Shown piece by piece: positions 37,744 through 56,028 of a DNA stretch of 64,000 bases. Source of the DNA: Paraspadella gotoi (Eukaryota; Animalia; Chaetognatha). The position numbers were made by a program, and so were the translations under genes. The notes under the pieces are model-generated. The model did not search any database and was not told the origin of the DNA. It saw nothing but the letters and a program-made list of their open reading frames with translations. The DNA is taken from positions 15,501,103 to 15,565,102 of the forward strand of contig CM119268.1 in NCBI GenBank assembly GCA_051294375.1, in the 5' to 3' direction. Position 1 is the stretch's first letter. Each line of letters begins with the position of its first letter.

Positions 37744-40700
37744 TCAGTCGACGTGCAACGGGAGCCTCTCTCCTTCCAGTTCGTGCAGGTGATGAAGCCC
37801 GTTGAGCTTGAGGGCGTTGGGGGCGCCGGCAAAAATGCCGAGGCCGGCAAGTGCTTGTGCAGGTTTTCGTTTTGCGAGTGACGATTGCGACTCTTTCGCG
37901 TCGAGAAATTTTGTCGCATCCCGGCGATTGTGCAGTGGTACATCTCTTTGGGGTGGACCTGAAGGCATCATGACGTAACGTATAATTCTTTGGAGATATC
38001 CAAGACGCGGAATCACTTATAATTTCATTAATGCTCATTAAGTTTAGCCATTTTTTTATTTTTGATCTTCCCACCTTCTCGAAATGCTCCTTGAGCACGA
38101 GGTTGTCCCGAAACTGCTCCTGACATATGTGGCACTGAGCGTCCCCGTTGGGATCGGGCTGCGGAGGCTCGTCCGGGCCGCGGGTGATGATGTCGCCGCC
38201 CTCGATGATGTGGACAGGCGTGGGGGCGACCCGACGGGGCGCTGGGCGGAGGCCGCGGTGGTGGCGCGGCCATGGGCCTCTCCCGCCCGCCGATGTCGCG
38301 TCCGTCGGCGCGGCGCCGGTTTCGTCTTCGCCTGTGGCGCCGTTTTTCCTTCCGGCGTCGTCGTTGTCTCGTCCGGCGACGCATCTTGGCGCGGTACGGA
38401 GAGGGATCCGGCCGCCGGGCGAGATGCGAGTGCAAGGGGAATGAGGAGTAAGAGGGGAGGAAGGGGAGCGAGCGTGGAGCGGGGAGAGGAAGGGGGCAGA
38501 GGAGAAGGGGAGCGAGAAGAGGGACGTATGGAAAGATCTGTGGCGGTTGGTTCCGGGGATGAACGATCGAGGGAAGAGCCTGGAAATGAGAGGTCGAATT
38601 GATTTATTTTATTCGTTTATTTTATTGGTTGTTACATCGAATGAATTGATTGATTGACTGATCGATTGATTATTTATCGCTTGATGGAAAAACTCGCCTC
38701 TCAAAAACTCGCATGCCAGCCATTTGCGGCATCCCTTCCGTCGCGGCCTGCAGCGACTTTTCCGTTTCTTCAGTCTGACTTCCTTGCTGCAGCATCCTCA
38801 GCTGCACATCGACAACGCCGTCTTGGGTGCGGGACCTTGCATTGCGCCAAATGGGCGTGGTAAGCGTCGCAAGGACTCGCGCGTCGCCGGCGCCTCCGAG
38901 AACGTCGTCACGAGAAGAAGCGGTTTTGTCCGGCGGACGCGTTGTTTGTTCTCCGTCGACCGCTGCGCGGACGAGGATGTCGAGAGCAACTTCCGGTGCA
39001 GATTGAGATTCGAACTGTGGCGATCGCGCGATCTGCAAGAGTTCGTCAGGTTTTTTTTCATTTCCTTTTTATTCTTTCCATCTTTTTCATTTCTTTCTTC
39101 TTTCTTTCTTTCTTTCTTTATTTATTCTTTCTTTCTTGCCTTCTTTCTTTTATTTCCTTTTATTGACCTTTTACTAGGAAACGAAGCGTTGCATCCATCG
39201 ATGGTGCAGAAGTGGGCGACGCCGTCCTCAAGGTGTTCCAGATGGAAGTGAGACTTGAGCGCGAGGAGGTCGTCAAACGATTTCCCGCAGATGGCGCAAG
39301 CCTTTGGAAACAAAAGAAATAAAAAATCAATATAATTACAATTAAAATGAAATCATTAATTAATCAAACAAAAATAACCTTAATCTCGCTAGTTTTTAGT
39401 TTTTCTTTAGTTTTCTTCATATTGGGAATGATTTTTAACTGCAACAACAACAACAACAACACACCATTTCGACTCACCTTGGGATTTTTTTCATCGACCG
39501 GAAATTCGTCGCATCTCGACGTAGACTCGACTCCACTCTTTTGCCAACCGGCGCCGATAAACGGTCCAAGGGTCGTCGCTGGCGCCGGGATATTCCTCGA
39601 CGGGAGATTCGGCGAGCGAATCTCCGGCAGAGTCTTCTCCGCGCGACGCCGGCGATGCCTCCCGGATACGCTTCTCGCGAGGCGGCGCCGTTTTCGTTCT
39701 CGTCGCCAGCCACCCCTCCTTGCGCCATCCAGGCAGCTTCAAAAGCGCGCCCGGTGTCGAAGATCCGCGAAACTCTCGCAAGAGGCGCTCGCGAAAGCTC
39801 GCGACGACGGCATTTGCGGCGGCGTCGGAGCTGCGGAGGCGGTAGCGTTCGAGGAGGGAGGTTCTGGGGGAAGCCGATTCATTGACAGCCGCGTTGGCGG
39901 ATGCGGCCGAGGAGAGATCCTCCGCCTTGGACGGCGAATCGACGCCTTCTTCCTCCTCCCCCCTTCGTCGAGACCCGCCTCGACGCCTTCGGCTCGCATC
40001 TCTTCCACGATGACGAAGACGCTCCAACTCCTCCTTTAAGAGATCTTCTCGCGGGGCGCATCTGGTCGGCGCTTTGCTCTTCCGCTTGAAGATCTTCTGG
40101 TTGGCATTGTGGACGACGCTGGAGGAGCGGCGGAGTGTGCCGCAGAATCGGAGGACGGATTCGCACAGGTCGTCGCTCGGGGCGGTCGGACTTATCGTCT
40201 TTAGGACTGAGCGCTTTCGTGGACCGTCTGAACAATATCATCACGTTTCACTTTTAATCTTTTATTTCTTTAAAACAAAGTATTATATCATTTTTTAATC
40301 AAACTACACTTGAGACAATTGCAGTCAACCCACCTCAATTTTGTCGTCGACGGGACTGGCCGCCGTGTCCATAGGATCCTTTGAGGACAGATCGTCCCCG
40401 TCGAATACACGATGATGATGATGATGATGTGGTAGATGTTGATGATGATGCGGATAACCAGCGTCGTCGTCGATGTAGTCTTCTTCTTCATCTTCGCTGT
40501 CTTCCATGTCGGCCATGTTGACGCAAATGTCGAGGCCGCCGTGTTCGTCCGCGCCGGCGCCTGAGCTCACGTCGTCCGGCGTTAAAGCCTGGAAAGAATT
40601 AAGCATTTTTTAAATGGAATGGAATTTATCGACTCAATTCCAAACACCCGGGAAAACTCACTTGAGACGCCCCTGAAACACGGGAAGATTCCCCGGCGCC

Positions 40701-42709
40701 AAAAGCCGAGGGCGGAGTGGACGAACGCCGATCGATGCTGCTCGACGGAGAAGTGGCGGCGGCTACGGCTTCGAACGCGGCGTCGTCTAGAACGCCGGCG
40801 GAGCCAGCGACGACGCCGGGCGACGGATCTGTCGGTGAGGCCTCCGCCCGCCACGCCCCCAGACCCTCGGCGTTCTCGAAAAACGAGAATTCAACTCGTT
40901 GGACATTTGCTCGAGCGTGGCCTGTCCGCCGATGGCCGGGACCGGCTCGGGGATCTTCCGTTTCGGGTTTCTGCACGTGGAGCTTCGGGTTGGGATTGGC
41001 GCTGGTGTCGGTTTCGACTCCGGCGCGAGCTGAACATCATGTTGCATCCGTCGACGGTGCATTTGTGCATCTCCCTCAGATGCACGGCGCTGAAGTGGAT
41101 ACGGAGGGCGCCCTTGTCGCAGAAGGTCTTTGAGGCAGGCGTGGCATTGCACGCGCTTCTTCCCGCTGGGGGAAACGAGGGCGCCCTGTTGTTGTTGTGG
41201 AAGGGGAAGATCGGGGAGAATGATATTATATATTATTATATTATATACTATATATTAGTAATAGGAGAAGACTAAGTTTCAAAATAACTAAAATTTACAT
41301 TTGAATGATTCAACCTCTCACCTGGGTGCTCAAACGGCGGCCACCGTCGCTTCATCGGATTGGCGCTCTTCCGCTGATGGTGCTGGTGATGGGGCTGATG
41401 ATGGTGCGAGTGATGGTGCGGCGATGGGTGTCCGTGATGCGGATGCTGCTGCTGCTGCCCGAGCTGCAGCTGCGTTTTGAGCGGCGAAGTGACGCGGGGA
41501 GATGGGATGACCCTCGACGCTGGATGAAGAGGAAGACTTGGGCGAGAGACTGATGACCCGACGGGGCTGTGACCCGGAATAACGGTCGGGTGGGTCGTCG
41601 ATGAGCGCCGTGGGTATTTCAGTTCGGCGGGCACTCCTTGCTCTCGTGGCGCTCTCTGATTGGCCGAACTGGTCGTCCAACGCCGGCGCGGTCGTCGCCG
41701 ACCTTCATGGAAAAGTCAAGCGCCTCGGTCGTCGTCTCCGTCGATTTGGCGCCCAACGCTACGTCGGCGGCGTCGACGCCGCGCGACTTTGGAATCGTCA
41801 GATCCAAACCGGCGTTGGAGGACGAGGGCGGCGTCGTTGACGGGGTCATCGAGGTGGCGACGACCGGCGTCATCTTGGGATACAGCGTCGATAGTAAGTG
41901 ATTGGCGCTTGCGGCGGCTGCGGCTGCTGCGCGTTGTAGGCAGCAGCCTCGGAGTGATGGTGGTGAGAGGCGTGGTGGGGATGGTGGTGGCCCGCAATCC
42001 CGCGGTGAGGGGATTGACCCGGGCGCGGATTGCTGCTAGCCGCGGCGGCAGCAGCAGCCGCCGCTTGAATGTGCTGCATGGCGGCAGCAGCCAGAAGTTC
42101 CGAGGAAAAGTGGGCGGAGGAGGAAGAGGAAGAGGAATAATCTTTGGCGGAGGATTTGAAGGAATCATAGGCGGAAGGAGGAAAGGAGGAGGAGGAGGAG
42201 GAGGAGGTGCGATGCTTGGTGCCAGAAGGGGAGACGGGAGATGAGGGAGAGGAAGCGAAAGAGAGGACGGGCTGTGACCGGCTGTTCAAATAAGAAATGG
42301 TTAAGATTAAGAACAAGAGAAACAGTTGAGAGGGACAGAGACGATCGAAATAACAACAACGACCAAACTTACCCGGCGAAGAGGCCATCTTGCTCTCGCC
42401 GCCGGACCGAGGCTTTCGAGGCGGCGCCCGGACTCAGAAGCGCCTCGTACGGCGTCATCAGCGGATGCGGCGACGTCATCGTCGTCTTCAGCTGCGCCAG
42501 GACCTCTGCAGGCACAGCGCCGCTACCGACGCGAGACATCGAGGCCGCCGCCGCCGCCGCCAAAGATGCCATCTGTTGAATGCTTGGTGTGCAGCGCGTC
42601 GTCGCGATGCACGCCGGGCGAAGCGGCGTCTGCCGAACGGGATTTGGCGGCGCCGGGCTCCTCGGGGCGGCGATGGCGGCGCGACGCGGCGTCGTGGGAA
42701 TCGCTGAAA

Positions 42710-42803
<94 letters not shown>

Positions 42804-43185
42804 AAATAGCGACGAAACGAGAACTCGTAAAAGCGACAAAAGCCAGAATGGAACGGAGAGAGAGAGAAAAAAAAAAAAGATGACCAAAAAAGAATTTTTC
42901 TTCGAAGGAGAAAAGACTGAGTTTTGTTTTTTATTTTGTTTTTGTTGTTAAACTCACTTTTTCTTTGGGCAAATGCGGAGGCGATGGAGGCGTTCGCCGC
43001 GAGGTTGTCATGAAGAAGCATCTGAAAAAGTAAATATTGAATGAATAAAATAATTTAAAAAAATGATAAAGAAAAACGAATATTTGAAAATGACGATCGG
43101 GAAGGTAATAATAAAAAATGAATTGAAGAGCTAGAGAAAAGAGCGAGAAACCGCATGATGCGACTTCCAGAGAACAAAAACCACG

Positions 43186-43220
<35 letters not shown>

Positions 43221-43707
43221 TCTCTCCTCCTCTCTCTCTCTCTCTCTCTGCATGACTTTTCAACGTCGAAAAAAAAAATTCAACAAATCTTGGAATCCTC
43301 GAAAGATGAAAAGTTTTCCCCGGGGTTTTGCCAAATGGAACTTTTGATTCTGGGGTTGTTTTCATTCATATAATTTTTTTTGGGAAAAACTGGATCGCCA
43401 TTAGAAAAGAATTATATAGTCTTCAAACAAAGATGCGCCCCTTAAACGAATTATTTCTAATTATTTTTCTTATACAATTCAATACAAATTCATACATATT
43501 TAAATCTATACATAATACATCATAGAAAAGTTTTTATATTTACCCGTTCGCTTTCCTCTTTAAGGTGTCCTCCACTCATTCTTACCCAATTTCTCACCTG
43601 TTGAGTGATGTTCTCGCGTCTCCGAATCTAAGGAACTGCTGGAGCAGAATCTGCTCTTCTTCTCTGGAGGCCATGATCCATTTGTCGAGGCCTCGGCCTG
43701 AAGCGTC
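37744..43707 (-). pseudogene. Frameshifted mirror copy of the basonuclin/disco gene (likely an artefactual copy rather than a true pseudogene)
   Basis: Same 11 exons as the + copy but with many 1-nt indels. Examples: CHACLKDLL instead of [16 protein letters not shown] instead of RNRHSAN, and a base lost in the FGDARNI exon. Confidence 0.75.
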
Positions 43708-43909
43708 CTGTTGAAGAGAGGTTACAGGAATTTAGAGTGAACAACTTGAAATGAGACGAAATCACTGAAAAAAAATCTATGAGAATCCTGATTAAAATCT
43801 TGCGGTGTCCTGCTATCCTCCGAAATCTTGTAAGATAGAAGGAGGCTTTAATTCACCTTACTATCCTTCTAAATCCTTTTCTGTTTTGCTGTGTTTGTAG
43901 ATTATAAGT

Positions 43910-44114
43910 CAGTTTAATTATCTTGCAACAACAATTTATTTTCAAAAGACGACCATGTTTCGGCTCAGGAATCAAGCATTCATCAGCGTCAAAATTTTTT
44001 TGTGAATTAGTCAGCAAATTTCCAGAACAGAGTTTAAAAAGGACAGTAGATCAGTGGTGAAATTGGCTAAGGGTAAGGACAGATAGATTTGAAAAGAAGT
44101 GAAATGGTCAATTG

Positions 44115-44175
<61 letters not shown>

Positions 44176-44378
44176 AAGGAGAGAGAATAATACATTTTTT
44201 AATGTACAACAAATGAAAAAGATTTTTGTATAGTAAATAACAGTTAGCTAATAATAATTAAGTGAAGAAAGGAAAATAAAGAAATCACAAAAAACTTTGA
44301 AGCTGATGAAGGCTCGAATCCTGAGCCGAAACATGTTCGTCTTTTGAAAATAAATTGTTGTTGCAAATAATTAAACTG
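43910..44378. mobile_element. Mirror copy of the Penelope-like inverted repeat with two hammerhead motifs
   Basis: CTGATGA-A-GGCTC-GAATCCT-GAGCC-GAAAC-ATGTT-CGTC at 44303-44341 (+) and an inverted partner at 43948-43990 (-). Reverse complement of 49332-49792. Confidence 0.65.
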
Positions 44379-44640
44379 TCTTGAATAATTCTTATATTGG
44401 TTGTAACAATTTCATTAAGTTTGTGCGTAGAAAATCAGTACATTGGAGAATCAACAAAAAAGATTTTATGGAGAAGCATCGACGCATCAATAAACTTTTT
44501 TTTTTTTTTTGATCAACCGTCGGAAGATATTTTTATAGGTCTCGAGTTCATTCCAAATCCAACTTCTCTTCAACCATATTTGAAATTAAATTTTGTTTCC
44601 AAAACATGAAAGATAAAATGCAAAAGAAATGAGAAAAGTG

Positions 44641-44682
<42 letters not shown>

Positions 44683-44691
44683 AGAGAGAGA

Positions 44692-44763
<72 letters not shown>

Positions 44764-45110
44764 TTGCGGACGAAACTTCGCCTCGCGACGCTTTTCCCGT
44801 CGCCGAGAGACATCTCGCGCCGATAAATCAAAGGTCCTTGGTTTCCGGCTCCTCGGCTGCGGGATTCGGAGGCGGCGCCGGTGGGTTTTTGGCTCGCAGG
44901 GGAGAGTCGCCTCAATTTCGGCGTCACCCGGCGACGCCACGGAGGCAGGGGCCGCTTCCGGCGTCGCCAAAGCCGGCGTCGTGGCAGGTGGATTCTCCAT
45001 TTTTCCTTGACTTTTGATTTTAGAGTTGCTCATGAAAATTTCCCACGGGCCTATAACTCAGTGCGAAGGATTTGTCTTCTCCGCTATTTGCTCGGCGCCG
45101 TGTATGCTCT

Positions 45111-45189
<79 letters not shown>

Positions 45190-45277
45190 TATCTTTCTCG
45201 GCGCCTCGATACAACCCCAAGGGGGACGCGAATACATTCCTCCCAAGGCAAAGATATACTTTTTTCTTTCTCACGCC

Positions 45278-45319
<42 letters not shown>

Positions 45320-45329
45320 CTCTCTCTCT

Positions 45330-45363
<34 letters not shown>

Positions 45364-46367
45364 GCTCTCTCTCTCTTTTTCATAGTTTATTTTCGGACTC
45401 TCGCTTTCTTTATCTCGTTTCCTTTCCATTTTCTGCTTCTTTTTTCGGTGACTTATGATTGTCTGAAGCCACCGTCCCCGGCGTGGCGATCACGTGACGA
45501 TCACGTGACGATCACGTGCCGCAATTTGTTGTTGTATTTTCGAAAAACGAGAAAAGAGCGAAATATTAACATCTGGCGCGAAAATATTCTTCACTTTCAA
45601 TGGGTTTTTTAAAAAGATACCATCAGATATTATTAATGTTTTATCATCATTAGCATTACTTTTTATTATAATCATTATTATTATTATCATCAGCATCATT
45701 ATTATTATTATTATGTTAATATTATTATAGTAACAATTATTAGCAGTATTTTTGTTTTTATTATTTTATTTCAATTTCTATATTAGATATATTATTAGTT
45801 TTATTATTAATGATTGATATTGTCTTTATTATTTAATCATAAGTCTTCGGCATTATCAATATTTATTATCATTAGTAAAAAGTACAAAATTGTTTCAGTT
45901 TCTTTTCTATGCTAATATTATCGGATAGGCTGCTACATAATTAAAAGCAGTAAATTCAAATTGTGGTTTTGTTCTATCGTTATTTCAATTCCTCTGTTTG
46001 ACTTTTTAGTTTTACTATCGCCTACTCTTCGGAGGTAAAACGAAAAAATCGCGGGCGTTTGTCATTTTCTTGTCACCCTCGCTCCTCATTGGCCAAAACT
46101 GGTCTCTTCTTATTGGCCAATGGATTTCTTCTCCTCGTCTGAACCTCGACCAATCGGCGCGCCTCGTTTCTTCCCGGACTCGCATCGCGGAATTCCCGCC
46201 GCGGCGTCGAGTGACACGCGGGAGGGAAACGACGCCGTCGCAGAAAAGAACGCCGCAGTTGTGCGCGCCCGAAAAAAAACGAGCCGTCTTGTGTCACAGC
46301 TTTAAAAGAATAGTGCCGACATCGTTAAATTGAAGTATGGACCGATTGGACCATGATGGGAAAGAAA

Positions 46368-46444
<77 letters not shown>

Positions 46445-47265
46445 AACGGTGTAGAAATCTTAAAAAAATCTAAAATAAAAAAGTCAATTGCGACGACAAA
46501 AACGACGACGCGACAACGACGCAAAAAGAAGACGACGACGACGACGACGACCACGACGACGTCTGAAAACCCGGGGAAAAGAGACGCGCGCCACTGAGAG
46601 GAAACAATTTTTTTTTCCTCATGCGTACGCGCAATTACATACGGGAAAATGGAAAGAAGGGGAAAAGATTTGTCGTCGTTTCGTTTGAGTTACATCCGGG
46701 TAAAAGGGACGACAAATCGAAAGACGACGACGACTGGAGGAGGAAGAGGAGGAGGAGGAAGATTGAAAATGCGGTATTGAAGTATTGGGAGGGGAGGTAG
46801 GGAGAGGAGGAGGGTTACGGGGGGGGGGGGAGAAGGACTAGCGCGAAGGTTGAAAAACATTATTTTTAATCGAGAAACAAGAAAGTTTAACGTAACCCTC
46901 CTCCTCTCCCTACCTCCCCTCCCAATACTTCAATACCGCATTTTCAATCTTCCTCCTCCTCCTCTTCCTCCTCCAGTCGTCGTCGTCTTTCGATTTTGTC
47001 GTCCCTTTTACCCGGATGTAACTCAAACGAACGACGACAAATCTTTTCCCCTTCTTTCCATTTTCCCCGTATGTAATTGGCGTACGCATGAGGAAAAAAA
47101 AATTGTTTCCCTCTCAGTGGCGCGCGTCTCTTTTCCCCGGGTTTTCAGACGTCGTCGTGGTCGTCGTCGTCGTCGTCGTCTTCTTTTTGCGTCGTTGTCG
47201 CGTCGTCGTTTTTGTCGTCGCAATTGACTTTTTTATTTTAGATTTTTTTAAGATTTCTACACCGT

Positions 47266-47320
<55 letters not shown>

Positions 47321-47529
47321 TTTCTGTTCCCATCATGGTCCAATCGGTCCATACTTCAATTTAACGATGTCGGCACTATTCTTTTAAAGCTGTGACACAA
47401 GACGGCTCGTTTTTTTTCGGGCGCGCACAACTGCGGCGTTCTTTTTCTGCGACGGCGTCGTTTCCCTCCCGCGTGTCACTCGACGCCGCGGCGGAATTCC
47501 GCGATGCGAGTCCGGGAAGAAACGAGGCG

Positions 47530-47606
47530 CGCCGATTGGTCGAGGTTCAGACGAGGAGAAGAAATCCCATTGGCCAATAAGAAGAGACCAGTTTTGGCCA
47601 ATGAGG
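47530..47606. promoter_or_regulatory. CCAAT-box cluster (possible internal or alternative promoter upstream of the basonuclin exons)
   Basis: GATTGG, CATTGGCCAAT and TTGGCCAATG lie within ~75 bp of CpG-rich sequence; mirrored at ~46085-46155. Confidence 0.3.
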
Positions 47607-48307
47607 AGCGAGGGTGACAAGAAAATGACAAACGCCCGCGATTTTTTACGTTTTACCTCCGAAGAGTAGGCGATTAGTAAAACTAAAAGTCAAACAGAGG
47701 AATTGAAATACGATAGAACAAAACCACAATTTGAATTTACTGCTTTTAATTATGTAGCAGCCTATCCGATAATATTAGCATAGAAAGAACTGAAACAATT
47801 TTGTCTTTTTACATAATGATAATAATATTGATAATGCGAAGACTTATGATAAAATAATAAAGACAATATCAATATTAATAATAAAACTAATAATATATCT
47901 AATAATAGAATTGAAATAAAAATAATAAAAACAAAAATACTGCTAATAATTGTTACTATAATAATATTAACAATAATAATAATAATAATGATGCTGATGA
48001 TAATAATAATAATGATTATAATAAAAAGTAATGCTAATGATGATAAAACATTAATAATATCTGATGGTATCTTTTTAAAAAAACCCATTGAAAGTGAAGA
48101 ATATTTTCGCGCAGATGTAATATTTCGCTCTTTTCTCGTTTTCGAAAATACAACAACAAATTGCGGCACGTGATCGTCACGTGATCGTCACGTGATCGCC
48201 ACGCCGGGGACGGTGGCTTCAGACAATCATAAGTCACCGAAAAAAGAAGCAGAAAATGGAAAGGAAACGAGATAAAGAAAGCGAGAGTCCGAAAATAAAC
48301 TATGAAA

Positions 48308-48398
<91 letters not shown>

Positions 48399-48486
48399 GG
48401 CGTGAGAAAGAAAAAGTATATCTTTGCCTTGGGAGGAATGTATTCGCGGTCCCCCTTGGGGTTGTATCGAGGCGCCGAGAAAGATA

Positions 48487-48574
<88 letters not shown>

Positions 48575-48578
48575 AGAG

Positions 48579-48611
<33 letters not shown>

Positions 48612-49368
48612 CATACACGGCGCCGAGCAAATAGCGGAGAAGACAAAATCCTTCGCACTGAGTTATAGGCCCGTGGGAAATTTTCATGAGCAACTCTAAA
48701 TCAAAAGTCAAGGAAAAATGGAGAATCCACCTGCCACGACGCCGGCTTTTGGCGACGCCGGAAGCGGCCCCTGCCTCCGTGGCGTCGCCGGTGACGCCGA
48801 AATTGAGGCGACTCTCCCCTGCGAGCCAAAAACCCACCGGCGCCGCCTCCGAATCCCGGCAGCCGAGGAGCCGGAAACCAAGGACCTTTGATTTATCGGC
48901 GCGAGATGTCTCTCGGCGACGGGAAAAGCGTCGCGAGGCGAANNNNNNNNNNNNNNNNNNNNNNNNNNNNNNNNNNNNNNNNNNNNNNNNNNNNNNNNNN
49001 NNNNNNNNNNNNNNNNNNNNNNNNNNNNNNNNNNNNNNNNNNNNNNNNNNNNNNNNNNNNNNNNNNNNNNNNNNNNNNNNNNNNNNNNNNNNNNNNNNNN
49101 NNNNNNNNNNNNNNNNNNNNNNNNNNNNNNNNNAAATGGTTGAAGAGAAGTTGGATTTGGATGAACTCGAGACCTAAAAAATATCTTCCGACGGTTGATC
49201 AAAAAAAAAAAAAAGTTTATTGATGCGTCGATGCTTCTCCATAAAATCTTTTTTGTTGATTCTCCAATGTACTGATTTTCTACGCACAAACTTAATGAAA
49301 TTGTTACAACCAATATAAGAATTATTCAAGACAGTTTAATTATTTGCAACAACAATTTATTTTCAAAA

Positions 49369-49411
49369 GACGAACATGTTTCGGCTCAGGATTCGAGCCT
49401 TCATCAGCTTC
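49369..49411 (-). ncRNA. Minimal type I hammerhead ribozyme motif (intact core, one stem I mismatch)
   Basis: The - strand reads GAAG CUGAUGA A GGCUC GAAUCCU GAGCC GAAAC AU GUU CGUC, with a 5-bp stem II and a palindromic AACAUGUU stem III region. Confidence 0.65.
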
Positions 49412-49531
49412 AAAGTTTTTTGTGATTTCTTTATTTTCCTTTCTTCACTTAATTATTATTAGCTAACTGTTATTTACTATACAAAAATCTTTTTCATTTG
49501 TTGTACATTAAAAAATGTATTATTCTCTCTC

Positions 49532-49590
<59 letters not shown>

Positions 49591-49712
49591 CAATTGACCA
49601 TTTCACTTCTTTTCAAATCTATCTGTCCTTACCCTTAGCCAATTTTCACCACTGATCACTGTCCTTTTTAAACTCTGTTCTGGAAATTTGTGACTAATTC
49701 ACAAAAAATTTT

Positions 49713-49755
49713 GACGCTGATGAATGCTTGATTCCTGAGCCGAAACATGGTCGTC
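49713..49755 (+). ncRNA. Degenerate minimal hammerhead ribozyme motif
   Basis: GACG CUGAUGA A UGCUU GAUUCCU GAGCC GAAAC AU GGU CGUC. Stem I (GACG/CGUC) is perfect, but stem II is weakened and the cleavage triplet is altered. Confidence 0.5.
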
Positions 49756-49992
49756 TTTTGAAAATAAATTGTTGTTGCAAATAATTAAACTGACTTATAA
49801 TCTACAAACACAGCAAAACAGAAAGGATTTAGAAGGATAGTAAGGTGAATTAAAGCCTCCTTCTATCTTACAAGATTCGAGGGATAGCAGGACACCGCAA
49901 GATTTGAATCAGGATTCTCATAGATTTTTTTTCAGTGATTTCGTCTCATTTCAAGTTGTTCACTCTAAATTCCTGTAACCTCTCTTCAACAG

Positions 49993-56028
<6,036 letters not shown>

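Larger units (their letters stand above)
49332..49792. mobile_element. Non-autonomous Penelope-like element relic: inverted ~77-bp terminal repeats, each with a minimal hammerhead ribozyme motif and a downstream AATAAA
   Basis: Arms 49332-49408 and 49716-49792 are reverse complements that read outward. The consensus is GACG-CTGATGA-A-GGCTC-loop-GAGCC-GAAAC-AT-GTT-CGTC...AATAAA. The interior has no ORF. Confidence 0.7.

Noticed and set aside
37744-43707. A genuine second paralog (disco-r-like) of basonuclin
   Set aside because: Introns are essentially identical to the + copy and the differences are 1-nt indels rather than synonymous substitutions. It is not an old functional paralog.
46820-46890. 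Missed PacBio SMRTbell adapter at the palindrome centre
   Set aside because: The spacer does not resemble the adapter (ATCTCTCTC...TTGTTGTTGTTGAGAGAGAT); it looks like genomic sequence.
48686-48942. GC-rich ORF as an alternative first coding exon of basonuclin
   Set aside because: The reading frames disagree between the two arms, the ORF runs into a (CT)n tract or gap, and no splice donor or homology is evident.
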